A stretch of 54,093 bases of DNA, the filler included, from Bipalium vagum (lineage: Eukaryota): NCBI GenBank assembly GCA_037834085.1. It is 3 parts of 3 records of this genome, joined end to end, with 100 filler letters (N's around TTAATTAATTAA, not from the genome) between each part and the next. Parts side by side here need not be neighbours in the genome. Positions count along the whole stretch, not along the records: positions 1 to 16,678 come from JBBMKC010098712.1; 2 more parts are not named here. One strand, given 5' to 3'. The notes beneath the pieces are model-generated. The model was not told where the DNA came from, did not search any database, and saw nothing but the letters and a program-made list of their open reading frames with translations. Below, piece after piece: positions 1 through 12,900 of the stretch; position 1 is the first letter of the stretch; the number at the start of each line of letters is the position of its first letter. The position numbers and the translations under genes were made by a program.

Positions 1-130
1 TAATCCCTTGTAAATATATTATATTACATATACTATATTATTATCATCTCAATACATTTCATAAAATTATACTTAAACTATAAAATAATCTTAATATCGG
101 CATTAAATGTTAAAAAAATCAAGATTTTTA

Positions 131-160
131 GGGTGATGCAAGACTTTTTACCATCACTGT
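131..160. mobile_element. Terminal inverted repeat of a Tc1-type element continuing upstream of the window
   Basis: GGGTGATGCAAGACTTTTTACCATCACTG followed by TA; the reverse complement starts CAGTG, typical of Tc1 ends. Confidence 0.45.
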
Positions 161-229
161 ATATGAGGGTTGTTCGAAAAGTGAGAACACACTTTACATT
201 GATTTTTATTTTAAATAATTAATAACATG

Positions 230-511
230 CAAGGTCTGTAAATTAAGTAATGAGACTGATTTTTTTCCTGCCAAACTGGCAAAACTGTAACTCTGAGTAG
301 TCATATGTTTAGCCAAACAGCTGTTCAACAATGAGAATTAATTTCATCAGTCTATTATTGTCATGTGAATATTAATCATCAGTCTGGTTTTGTCAAGTTT
401 TTGGTTTGCGTTTCAAAAAATGAGTGACAACAATCACGAAGAGCGTCAAGCAATCAAATTTTGGTGAAACTGCTACTGTGACGTTTGAAAAATTGAAGAG
501 GTTATGGTGAC
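230..511 (+). mobile_element. Mariner 5' end (TIR and transposase N-terminus), interrupted by a Gypsy element
   Basis: TIR-like CAAGGTCTGTAAATTAAGTAATGAGACTGA; the ATG at 420 reads MSDNNHEERQAIKF.VK..AT.TFEKLK..YGD (frameshifted mariner HTH). Confidence 0.7.
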
Positions 512-3368
512 TGTAATGAAAATAATTAAGTTTATTAATGATTATTTTTTAAATAATCAGAACAGGGATGAAAGTATTTTTTTGAAATATATTTTTGTAT
601 TTTGGAATTTCTTTTCGATAATACTGAAAAGATTAACATGGTGATCACACCAGTAAACTCACTGGCTGGAAGGCTGTTACCCAAAATTCTGCAGAGGCGA
701 CAACATCGAAAAATCTATTGGCCAATCTCGAAGGTATTTTGATTTATTGGAAAATCAAAAAAGGTCAGAAAAAGGATTATCTAAACCATTATGAGAAAAC
801 AATTTCAAAAGCAGATGGCTTTGAAGATAGATGTGACTAGCTTTTGCAAAACCGGTGGACATGATATCAGATTGGGAAAATCTATTACAATATAGAAGAA
901 GAAACGAAAATATTCAATAATTTGTGCAAATAATAAAGAAGAAAGTGAAAAAGGCGTTGGCGAATTAAATCACAGAAGAAAATTTAATATCAAGAATGGT
1001 ATTACACTGCGTGAATGATGAAGAAATGGTTCGGGAAGTAGAAATGAGGAACTAAAAAATATGGATGATATTGAAGTTCTGATGAAAAAAATGGAAGTAA
1101 TTAATAAAAAGAAAAACGAGAAAAACCAAAAACTACAGTGATGCTGTCAAGAAGAATACAGTACAGAATGAAATGAAGATGGTACAGACAACAAAGATTT
1201 CAGAACACCACACAGTATCGAAGAATTTTGCAGGATCAAGACAATGACAAGTAACTACGATAGCATTAACAGGCGAAGAGATCAAAGTGATATTGTTTGT
1301 TGGTCTTGCAACAAAATGGAACATTCAATTAGAGAATGTCCTGACAGAAAATGTTTCGCGTATAGAAAACCTGGACATATTTGAAGAACATGTTCCAATG
1401 TTTTCTGTTTACGATGAAAAAAACATGGACATTATTCGTTAGAATGCTTGCACAATTTGATTTACGTAGATACCAATCTAGAACTCATGGAGAAATTCCA
1501 ACAAGAAACAGAGTAAGTTTTAACAGGATGAATGCCATAGAATCAGAAAAAGAAAGCTTAATTAAAATTAGTGTTATACCTAAAGATGAGAAACACCAAA
1601 AAGACAGAGCTTCAATAGTAGGGCAGCAAGTCAGAGTCATCAACTAAATATTGTCATTGATTACTCCAAGAAGGCCGTGGATATAAGAGAAGATGACAAT
1701 GTGGACGAAAAATTATACAGATCTATAAAAAATGATAGTTTTGAGGTGAGTAATAGATGCGATACAGGATGGGTGAATATGGTCAGCGAAAATCAAAGTG
1801 CAATAATATCTTACAATGTGATGCAGGGTTGGCCGATTGTTACAGTAATGGTACAAGAATTGAGGTTGGAATTTTTATTAAATACAGGGGCCAGGATTAA
1901 TATTATGAGCAGTAAAATAGATAAAAGATTGTGTAATTATTCGAATGAAAAAATAAGTAGACACATTACGGTGTGCAAATGACATTGGACTAGAAACCAT
2001 GGGAAAACTGTCAGTAAATGTCGCAATAGGAGGCTGACAAGTAGAAATTAATTTTATTGTTTTAAAAAATGTTACCCCTGACCTGATAGGTGTAGAATTA
2101 CAACGAAAATTCGGTTTTGTGCTAAAGCAAGGATACTTAATTTTGTAAGTGCAGATAGATTAAATAGAAAACAGAGAAAACCATTTATTTTCAATATTAA
2201 GGCAAAATTTGGGAGACACAAACATTGGAGAAAGACAACATAGAGCATTAACAACATTAAAAATAGAACGGAAATCACAGTTAGGTAAAATTATACAGGA
2301 AAATGAAGACGCATTTATGGCTGATAAGTGGGACATCTGATGCATTCATCTAGCGCGGCATAACATAAAAAAATGGGTAGGAAATTTATCAAGGATTACT
2401 CAAGAAAAGCTTGGTTTTGGAATGCAAGTGTGGAAATGTCAATAAAAAGCTTTTGTAGAATGAGATAGCAGAAGAAGCATTTGTAAATTTGAAAAAAGAC
2501 CATGTTGTCAAGGAAAATACTGTGTTTTCCAGATCTAAGAAAAGTTTTTATTCTTGATACAGTCGCGAGTTTTGACGCTATTGGTGACTTTTTATCTCAG
2601 ATGGATATTAATGTTAAAGAACGGGTAGTATCGTTTGCATCTCACACATTGAATAGCCACAAAAAGGGTTATTGCGTGACCAGAAAAGAGCTGCTTGCTA
2701 TTTAATAATTTTGTAAGCACTACTTCATTTTTTGTACGGTAGGAAATTTTTGTTACGAACAGACCACAAGGCAATTACAGTTATGGTAAGCACAAAGAAA
2801 CTTATCACGTCACAGTCCAAACGTATATCAATTATTTGAGCAGCATAGATATTCAAATAGAGTACCGTAAAGGACAGACCACACAAATGCGAATCTGTTG
2901 TCTAGACCAAAATGCGATACATGTACTCAATGTCATATACTACATGAAGAAGATAAGACAGGAAAAGCTAAAAAGAAAATCTTAAATGCAGTGAAGATAG
3001 AAAACCTCAATGTGATAAAAAATAATAAGAAAGAGATTTTTATTTCAGGTGATGAAGCGATAAATAAAATTAAAGAGATTCAAACGCTATTGACCAACAT
3101 TGGATCAGAAAAAGTTGAATACTATATGAATGATAGATACAAAATGAAAAACATGGGGCACATGATCCAGGAGGTAGTGCGAGGTTTGTCAAAAACATAA
3201 AACGCAAACCATCAGGACAAAGGAGGAGATCCTAAAATTAGAAGCAACCGAACTATTTGCTGATATATACGTCGATATATGTGGACTCATGAGATGTATG
3301 AGATCAAAAGAAATACATACTTGGCATAATTGATCAGTTTAGCAAATACGTATCGTTAACACCAATTT
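512..3368 (+). mobile_element. Decayed Ty3/Gypsy LTR retrotransposon (gag-like region, protease, RNase H, integrase fragments; RT core deleted)
   Basis: Starts TGTAA. Protease FLLNTGARINIMS (DTG mutated to NTG, ~1870); RKFIKDYS (~2380); RNase H FILDTVASFDAIG.FLSQ...YCVTRKELLAI (2502-2705); integrase DIYVDICG...ILGIIDQFSKYVSL (~3260-3360). Domain order PR-(RT)-RH-INT; many stops and frameshifts. Confidence 0.9.
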
Positions 3369-3450
3369 CCTGATGTGAGTCCTTGTGACTTTCACCTGTT
3401 CCCTAAGGAAAAAAGCTACTTCAAAGGCCATCATTTTGGAACAATATAAT
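3369..3450 (+). mobile_element. Mariner transposase 3' fragment
   Basis: PDVSPCDFHLFPKEKSYFKGHHFGTI matches the mariner YSPDL.P.DF.LF motif region. Confidence 0.75.
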
Positions 3451-3957
3451 TATTAGAATAATTTATTGAATGAGAGTTCATTAGAAGCTACATTGACTAC
3501 ATTTTTGCGGAAATCCTCATGAGTTCAACAAATATGGAATAATGAACTTATTTGATGGATGAGAGATCATTACTAATAATGGTCAATACATTTTATATAT
3601 AATAAAATTCGTTAAAGAAATTTGTGAATAAACTATTTCGGTTTTATGTATTTGTCATCCAAATACTTAATTATTTATTATTTTTACATTTCAAAGATGC
3701 TTTGTGATTAAATTTTATAAAATATGGCTATTATTAAATATGTACTTCTTAATAGTTTATTTAATTCTCAGAATGAATTTTTTAATTAAAAATATTAATT
3801 TTTAAGTTTAAAAAAATAAAAGTAGTAAAAAATTAAACTATTTAAAACTATTAGAATTATATTTAAAGAATGTTCAGAAAATTAATGATTTTATTCTTTA
3901 TTAATTTCTTGATTAAAAGCTAAAGTAATTTTCACACATGTTCTAATGTTTAATTAG

Positions 3958-6900
3958 ATGGAAAATATCTTTTCTAATTTCCCTAATTTTTGGAATACCA
4001 ACCATGGGTGTAATGATGATTTTCATGTATGGATTTGGCCATAAGTCAGTTACTGTTGTCGATTCCAATAATAATACTGAAATAGTAAAAGTATCAAATG
4101 CTCCCAATTTGATGCCTGGACTGTCACTTGAAAACTTAATTTTATTTCTATTAGCAACACCTGTTCAATTTTATGGGGCCAGATATTTTTATATCCAAGC
4201 TTATAAATCAGTGAAACACGGTTCAGCAAATATGGATGTTTTAGTAGTTATGGCTACAAGTGTTTCGTATTTCTATTCTCTCATTGTCCTAATATTAAGT
4301 ATGGCTTTACGTCAGTCATCAAGTCCTCAAACATTTTTTGAAACAACACCAATGTTGATTGTGTTTCTATCTTTGGGAAGGTGGTTGGAAAATATTGCAA
4401 AAGTCAGTAATTATTAAATAGTGTCAATGATCATTTTTTAAAGGGGAAAACTTCAGAAGCCTTAAGCAAGCTTTTATCACTACAAGCTTGTGAAGCTACA
4501 ATAATTACAGATGATAATCACGAAAGAAAAGTTCCTATCGAGCTTGTTAAACATGGGGATCTTGTTAAAGTACATTTTAGAAAAGATCTAAAAATTAAAT
4601 AAACATTAGATACTTCCTGGTGAAAAAATTCCAATTGATGGTAGAGTTGTGTCTGGAAAATCACGATGTGATGAGTCTTTGATTACTGGAGAATCAATGT
4701 CAGTTGAAAAAACTACAGGTAAACCAAATAAATAATTGTATGTGTTAATTTTGAAAATTCGTGATTTTTAAGTAAAACATTTTTTTTACAAAAAGAAATA
4801 ACTATTAAGAGTAATATAATGAACTTTTTTTATCAATAATCATTTTCATCTCTCATGATTTTCATCGTATAGAAACTGAACAAGGTTAAATTTGAGATCA
4901 ATTTCGTTGCCTAAAAATTTCCCATTATCCTCGAAACAAATGAAAATAAAAAAAATTAAATTAAAAAATTAAATCCGATATGTACATTGGGAAATTATCT
5001 GTAAATAATTTTCAGTTAAATTCGATTTGTTTTTATTATAAAAAACATTTTTACTGCATAAATTATGACAACTTTTCAAATAAAAATGCAACATTTGCTA
5101 GAAGTTCTAATTTATTGTTTCAATTGTGATAAAAGTGCAGCTGAAGCTTATCAAATGCTCGCTGAAGTGTATGGTGACAATGCCTCAAGTGATAAGTCAT
5201 ATGGGGAATGGTTTCGACATTTAAAAAATGGTGATTTCAGCATCAAAGACAAGCCTCGTGGTCAGCCAAAAAAAGGACAAAAATTTGGAAGCATTACTCG
5301 ATGAAGATCAAATCAAAAACAAGATGAGCTCGCAGAATCTTTGGGAGTTACTCAAAAATTGGTTTCCTTAACATTGAAATCAATTGAAATTATACTCAAT
5401 CAAGGAAACCGGGTGTTTCGTGAACTAAAATCGAGACGCGTTGAAAGGCGATATTTCACCTGCGAGCAGCTGCTTCAAAGGCAACGAAGAAAAGATTTCA
5501 TACATCTTATAGTCACTCCGGATGAAACTGGATATTCTTTGATAACCTCAAGAGGAAAAAATTCTCTGTTAGGTCCGGTTAATCGATTTCAATATCAGCA
5601 CAAAAGCGGAATATTCATGATTCGTAGGTGATGATTTGTATCTGGTGGGACCAAAAGGGTGTTGTATACTTTGAGCTACAACTACCGGGTGATTCTATTA
5701 CTGGTGATTGAGATAGGTTACAATTTATATGTTTAAGCTGTAGTTTGAGAGAAAAATTGCAGGAATACGACCAAAAACATAACAAAATTATTCTTCTCTA
5801 TGATAACACTAAGCTCAATGTCGCAGAAGTCGTAAAACATCATTTAGAAACGGTCAAGTGGGATGTTTTAGTGTACCTGCCATATTCACTGGACATACTG
5901 GTTATTTCGACTGATACAACTCGACTTGACTAGTCACCGGTTCACTTTTTTCAAAGAAATTAATCAATGGGTCCTAGTTTTGATCTTCTCAAAAGGAGAG
6001 AAAAGTTTTCAAGATGGAATTTGAAAATTACCTGGGAGCTGAGAATGTTGTTTGTTCATGTTGTTTTAAAATAAATAAACATTTTGGGTTAAGGTTAAAT
6101 ATAAGACATTTTTATAATATTTTTTATATATTAGGTTGTTGCAATAATAATGTCGTTTTACAGCTATAAAAGTAAAAACGTCATAACTCAATGGAAAATG
6201 AACTTTATAAATCAAAATAATTCCCATTCGAGTCAATACATTTCTGCCAACGAGTGATGAGTTTATTTATGCCTGTGGAATAAAAGTCTTTGTTCCTGGA
6301 GGCAAAAAACTCCTCAAAGGCCATTTCAGCATCGGCTCGATTTCGAAACACCTATTGACCAAGAAATTATCCAGAGCCTTAAAGAAATGGAAATCTGTTA
6401 GCGAGAGGTCTGGCGAATATGGGGGTGAGTCAAAATCTCGTAGCCAAAATTATTTATTTTTTGCAATGTTGTTTGTGCGACGTGTGGGCATGCATTTTCG
6501 TGCAAACGAATTGGACCTTTTCTATTGACCAGTCCCGGACAGATAACTCGAAGTTTCCTGTGCATTTCGTCTATTTTCTGGCAGTATGTTTCTGCTGTAA
6601 TAGTTTCACTAGGATTTAGGAACCCGTGATGGATCAGGCCGGCCATGGACCACCAAACAGTCACCATAACTTTTTAGGGTGCAAATTTAGCTTTGAGAAA
6701 TGTTTCGGAGCTTCATTTTTATCCAACTATTTTACCGAACATCGTCGATTGTCCCAGAGAATCCATTTCTCATCACACGTCACGATTCGATTGAGAAATG
6801 GGTCACGGCTTTTGCGCAATAGCAGAGAAGATACCACTTTGAAATTAAGATTTTTTTTGTTTTTCGCTTAGGTCATGTGGCCCCCACTTATCCATCTTTT

Positions 6901-9900
6901 TCACTTTTCCAATCTCATCTAAATGACGAAGTACTGTTGCATGATCAACCACAAGTTCCCGACTTCCCTTGTGGATTTTCATGAATCAGCTTCGATTATC
7001 TTCTTTAATTTATACATTGTCAACTTTACGTGAACGACCGCGAACATCCTCATCTTCAAGGGTATCATCTCCATGACGAAACCGTTTAAACCAGGGCTGC
7101 ACCATACGCTGATTAACAATTGCAGGACCAAATGCATTATTCATTTTGCGAGCCATTTCAGTAGCATTTGTGCCTAATTTGTATTCGTACAAAAAAGTGA
7201 TACGATATTGATATTTTTCCATATTCAGTTAAATCGCCTAAAAAGGATAATTAAGAAATATTTGAAGTAATTTATAATAAAATTTACTTTGTAAAAATTT
7301 TACTTTCAAAAATTTATCAAAATATATTGACTATTCAAACAAAACACTTATTAAAATGAATGAAATCAATTTCTTGCCAAAAAACGACATTATTTTTGTA
7401 CCAACCTAATATAACGCTTGCTTACCATAGGAAATCTTTATAAAAATTTGAAATGTTTAATTTACTATTATCCTTAAATGGTGATTTATTAATTGAAGAA
7501 GTTATGACCATGGGTATCATAAAATATTCAATATTATGTCCAGTCTATAATTTACTGATGTCAATAATTCGCCGGAAGAAATTCATTGATAATATGGAAT
7601 GGAGATACACTGTTAGGAAACATAACTTGTTTGAAAATCTCAAGGTATCTTTTGATTTCTGTTTTTAAAATATCTATGGATTGTTTTAGATACCTTTGAA
7701 ATCATAACTAAAATTGCATCAATTTTATAAATGAAATAACTATTAATGAGACTGTTGAAGAAGTACTCTTATCCAAACCTGCTTTAAACAAGATATTTAG
7801 AACTTCCATTATGAAGCATATGGATGGATTAAATATCATTTTAGGTGGATCTGAACAGGTAAAGATATTACACGTCTAATTGTTAATCATTCAGAAAACT
7901 TGGTAGATCCTCAAACAGGTTCTTATACAAAATTAATTGAAACAATTGGATGAAGTTGGAACATTTCCTAAGATCTAATTCTTATAGAAATAGAGAAAAT
8001 TTGAATGGGTATATTGCCGAATTTCTATTTGATATTTTATCAATAGGTTTGCTTTTCAACTTCCTGAAAAGTGATTGATAAAGAAAATATAAACTCTGAT
8101 ATTGAGATTTAATAATAATATAATTAAATTACTATATCTTATATCTTAGAGTGTCTCATATTTAACCGTAACCGCATTTTGTAATATATTTTTGACTTAT
8201 AAAAACGGACCGAACTCATTTGTCCACCAAATATATAAATAATTGTTTTATTTTTTTCTTTAAGTAGAATTTTATTTCTTATTATAAACTAAAATCATTA
8301 CTTATATTTTATACTTATTACTTATAATTTATTTATATAATTTTATTTTCAGTTCCTTTACTTTTTACTTTGTCATGTTATGCATGGGTTTTATTTTGAT
8401 ATTGGGGTTATTTTAAGGTGCTGATGTAATCGGAGGAACAATAAATATAACAGGCATGCTTGTAGTCCGAGCTACATTAGTTGGCGAAGATTCTGCTCTC
8501 AATCAAATAGTAAAACTTGTCGAAGAGGCTCAGACATCAAAAGTAAACGAAATGTTGCCTTTGAATAAATTAAAAAATATTTTCTTAATGAATTATTTAC
8601 TTCAATGCATATACACCATCTGTGAATCGTCAACCAGAACCGGAACAAATAGTAACCCGAAGGCTCGATATCTGGTCTATATAGAGGCTGAGGCATTATT
8701 TCCCATTAAAAGGCTTTTAGCTTTTGCAGCGTCACTTTTGCAGGGTGTGGTCTAGCCCTGAAAAATTATTTTGTTTCTGTTTATCAACCCGGGACGTTTC
8801 ACAATTAATGCATCTTTAAAACGGCCAAGAATTTTAAAACATACATCAGAATTTATAGTTTGACCCGTTTCCAATAATTCAAAGTGAAGTAAACTTTTAA
8901 TCCCAGAAGACACTCAATAAGATCTTCTTTGGATGAACTCATGCTTTCGCAACTGGTACAGGATTTTTTCCAACCTGGAGATAAACACTGATTTTGTTGT
9001 AAGATTTCATACATTATCCACTTTTCATCTCTAGTCACAGTCCATCTGAAGAATAGTTTCTTTAAATATTGAATGAATAATGAGTGACAGATTACTTATC
9101 TGTTCTTGTGTTAAATCATGAGGAACCAAAACATCGCACTTATTGCTTTCGTCTATCTCTTTTTTATAAAGTTTAATATACTGCTGACACTATAAGTTAA
9201 TAGAACAGAAAATTCTTTTAATGTTTGTCTAGGTTCTGTTTCGATGATAGCCTTTAACACATCATTATCCACTGCAAATTGTCGATGTCCCGTGGCTTGT
9301 TCTCCAAACTGAGATAGCCATTGTGAAACCTGTCGATCCATTTTTGGCTATTGCGAACATAAATTATTTTACCATAAATATATAATATAATAATAATATA
9401 ATATATATAAATATATATATATATTTAATAAATAAATATAAATATAATTATAAATATAATTCATTATAATTATAAATATAATTAATATTATAAATAAATA
9501 TATAAATATATAATAATATAATATCGTATACTCATATAGTATACAATGCCAAATATTAGCGTCATTTAGGAAATTTTATTCATTTCGTAATACGTTAAAA
9601 TGTAATAGGAATTTTTTGAATTATTGTTTATACTTGACATCAATCTTTGATTTTATATTGAATTTAAAAGTTTTGCTTATTATGGACGATATAAACAATA
9701 ATAAAGCAATAAAATAAAACAAATTTTCAATTCTTAGATATAAAAATTAAAAAATTTCTGTATTTAAAAGTAGTTTTTAAAAGATATTATGAATAGGCTC
9801 CAATTCAAGAACTTGCAGATAAAGTAGCTGGATTATTTGTTCCAGGAGTCTTGATTTGTTCTCTGATAACCTTATTAGTTTGGTTAACAATCGGATATAC

Positions 9901-12900
9901 TCGACCCGATCTTCTTCCCGGATATACAGTTAAATATAAATTATGAAATATATTTTTTTATTTCTTTTCAAGATAAATAATACAAAAAATGTCGAAAGAA
10001 CATGGAAATATGCTTTTCAGTTAGCTATAACTGTTCTTAGTATTGCATGTCCATGTTCATTAGGTCTAGCAACACCTACTGCAGTTATGGTTGGTACAGG
10101 AGTAGGTGCGGTCAATGGAATCTTAATAAAGGGAGGTGCTCCTTTGGAAAACATGCATCAAGTAAATTGAAATTTTTCTTAAAATATGTTCAATTTCAAA
10201 TCAGTTAGACGTGATTGTTTTTGACAAAACTGGGACTATTACGGAAGGAAAACCTTCTGTTACTAAATTCATTTTGTGCATTGAACAAATCAAAGATGAA
10301 ATTCTCAAAAGTATTCTATTGATGTTGGGAGCAGCTGAGTCTACTTCAGAACACCCAATAGGCAATGCAATTTCGAATTATTGTAAAGAAAGAGTTGATA
10401 TTACAGAACAACCTCAAGTAAGAATTTTTTGTATAAAATGTCATCACCTGATTGGATGGCCTGTGATATTACTTATTTTTGGCAATATACCAATAATTAA
10501 AAAATATATTAGATAACCAAAAAGTTCTTTCCATTTTTCAATAATCATATTTCCTATTATTTAAAATTTTAGGATTACATTATTAATCTGCTACTTATTT
10601 GTTTTATCAACTCAAATGAATAATCTATCTAGTAAATGTTTTGCAATATGTAATTAATTTTTTACTATCTATCTAGTAAATGTTTTGCAATATGTAATTA
10701 ATTTTTTTAATCTTTAGAATCATCAGAAATATTTGATGAAAACGACACGATTCGCCATTGCTTATTATATGAGTACAAACTTGGCTCAAATGCAACTGAA
10801 GCAAATTAAAAGATTTATTCAGCATTCGAAGACAGTAATTATTGAAAGAGCTGCTCGAAATTGGTTAAAAAATGTCATCAAATTTTGAAAATGTCAAATA
10901 TGCACCTTGTTCCGGAAAGCCAAGCTGCATAAATAATAATGGTTTAAGAGAAGCAATTCAAATCATTTTATGAGTCACATGCTAAGAACTCAGCAAAAAA
11001 TTTAATGTTAGTGATGAATGTATGAGATTGCATCTGCATCAAACGTGGAAACTAAGCAAATGAGTCTCACAGAAACTTATAGTATAAAATTATGTCAGCG
11101 ATTTTGCATAAGCGCTTCGTTTCTTTTATACTTAAAGACTGAAGCTTTCTTGTACAGAATTTTCACAAGCGATGAAAAATTGGTTATATGGTCTAATTTG
11201 AAGAAGTCTCATCACTGTTTATCTACAATAACTCAGAACTATTTTTAACACCAAAAAATTCTTCTGAGTTTGATGGACTAGTGTGGGAATTATCCATGAT
11301 GAAGTTTTGAAAGTTAGAGAAACCATTACTGTAAATATCTATTGCGACCAACTTCAAAAAGTCCATGATAAACTTATTCAAAATCAGCCATCTTTAAAAA
11401 ATAAGAAAAAATATTCTATTACTTCAAGATAATGCTAAGCTTCATATAGCTAAAGTCACTCAAAAAATGGATTTAGAATGGGAAGCAACTTCACATCCAT
11501 TGTACTTTCCGAACATTTCTTCAATCTATTTTCATTTTTTATGTTCTTTGAAAAATAATAAGAAAAACAAATATTTCAAAAAACCGGACGATGTAATGAA
11601 GAAGATACATTATTCCTTTTCCTAACCACAACTTTTGGAAAATTGGAAAAAAATGTGATGGTTAAGAAGAGATTTTTTAATAAGAAAAATGACAAAGACA
11701 AAACGAATAAAATTTTTATTTCTTTATTATCCAATTGTCTGGTGTGAAATTTTTAAAATTCTTGATCCAGACTTTTGAGATCTGATTCAGTTCTTCAATA
11801 GCTTTAAAATCAAGTATGTCGGGCTGGTATAAGTATTCTTTTATTATTTGTATAGCAGAATAACATTCCTTTCTAGGAATATTTTACATATTTAGGATCT
11901 TCATTATTTGATAATTCTATTTCATTATTATCTAACTCGTCATTGTTTTAAAAAACGTCTATAGTTGCAATATTTCAGATTCAAATTTTTTTTTTAAAAT
12001 TACATTATCTTTATTAAAACCTTAATTCTTAAATTCACATTCACCAACAAGATCAAGTATCTTAAATAAAATAGTATTGCAATTTTGACTTTACACAAGT
12101 GCAGATACTCTCCAACATCAATTTTTAAATCATGAAGACAAAAACAGTCATTAAAGCATAAAAAAGAGAAAGATAAATTTTTATTAGGAATTTGGATGAG
12201 GAAAATAACAGCATGTAAGTGCCCCGTCTATTAACAGCTCAATGAAAAAGACCTATGAAAGGAAATGTAAGAAAACTAATTGTAATGAGAGAAGAAAAGG
12301 GCGTTTTGGAGGGTTTGATTACATTTGATGAAACCAGGCTTCATTTTTATATACCCTAGACAAAAGACCAATCAAAGTAGTGGAGAAAAAGAGGTAAAAA
12401 CCATCCTCTAAAAGCTAGGTGTTATCCTGCTGAATTATTTTGAATAACGTAAAAAGATAAATAGAATTAAAGCAATCTACTGTGCAATGATTTGCATACC
12501 ATACTGAAGAACAGACTACTTAGTAAGCTGATTTTTAAGTCTCTCCTTCAGCACGAAAATTTGCGCCTACATACTGCACACTTAACACTTCATATTCCAC
12601 AGATCGAATTCCAATTATTATATTAGTTTATTATAGTTTTCTTTATGGTAAAACTTTTCAAAGTCTCGAGGCAATGAAGCTTGTCATTGATGAATGAATT
12701 AAGGAAAAATCTGCAACAGACTTCTTCACTTCTAATATTAGAAAATTGAAAAAAGATTGGCAAAACGTATCTCTTTAGATGGCAGGTATCTGGAAAATTT
12801 AAAGTTGAACAAAACTAATATTTTTATATTTTTTTTAATAATAAAGTTGTCAATAAACTTCGTTTCATTCTTCCGTTAATCTTAGGAACAACTCTAGTTA

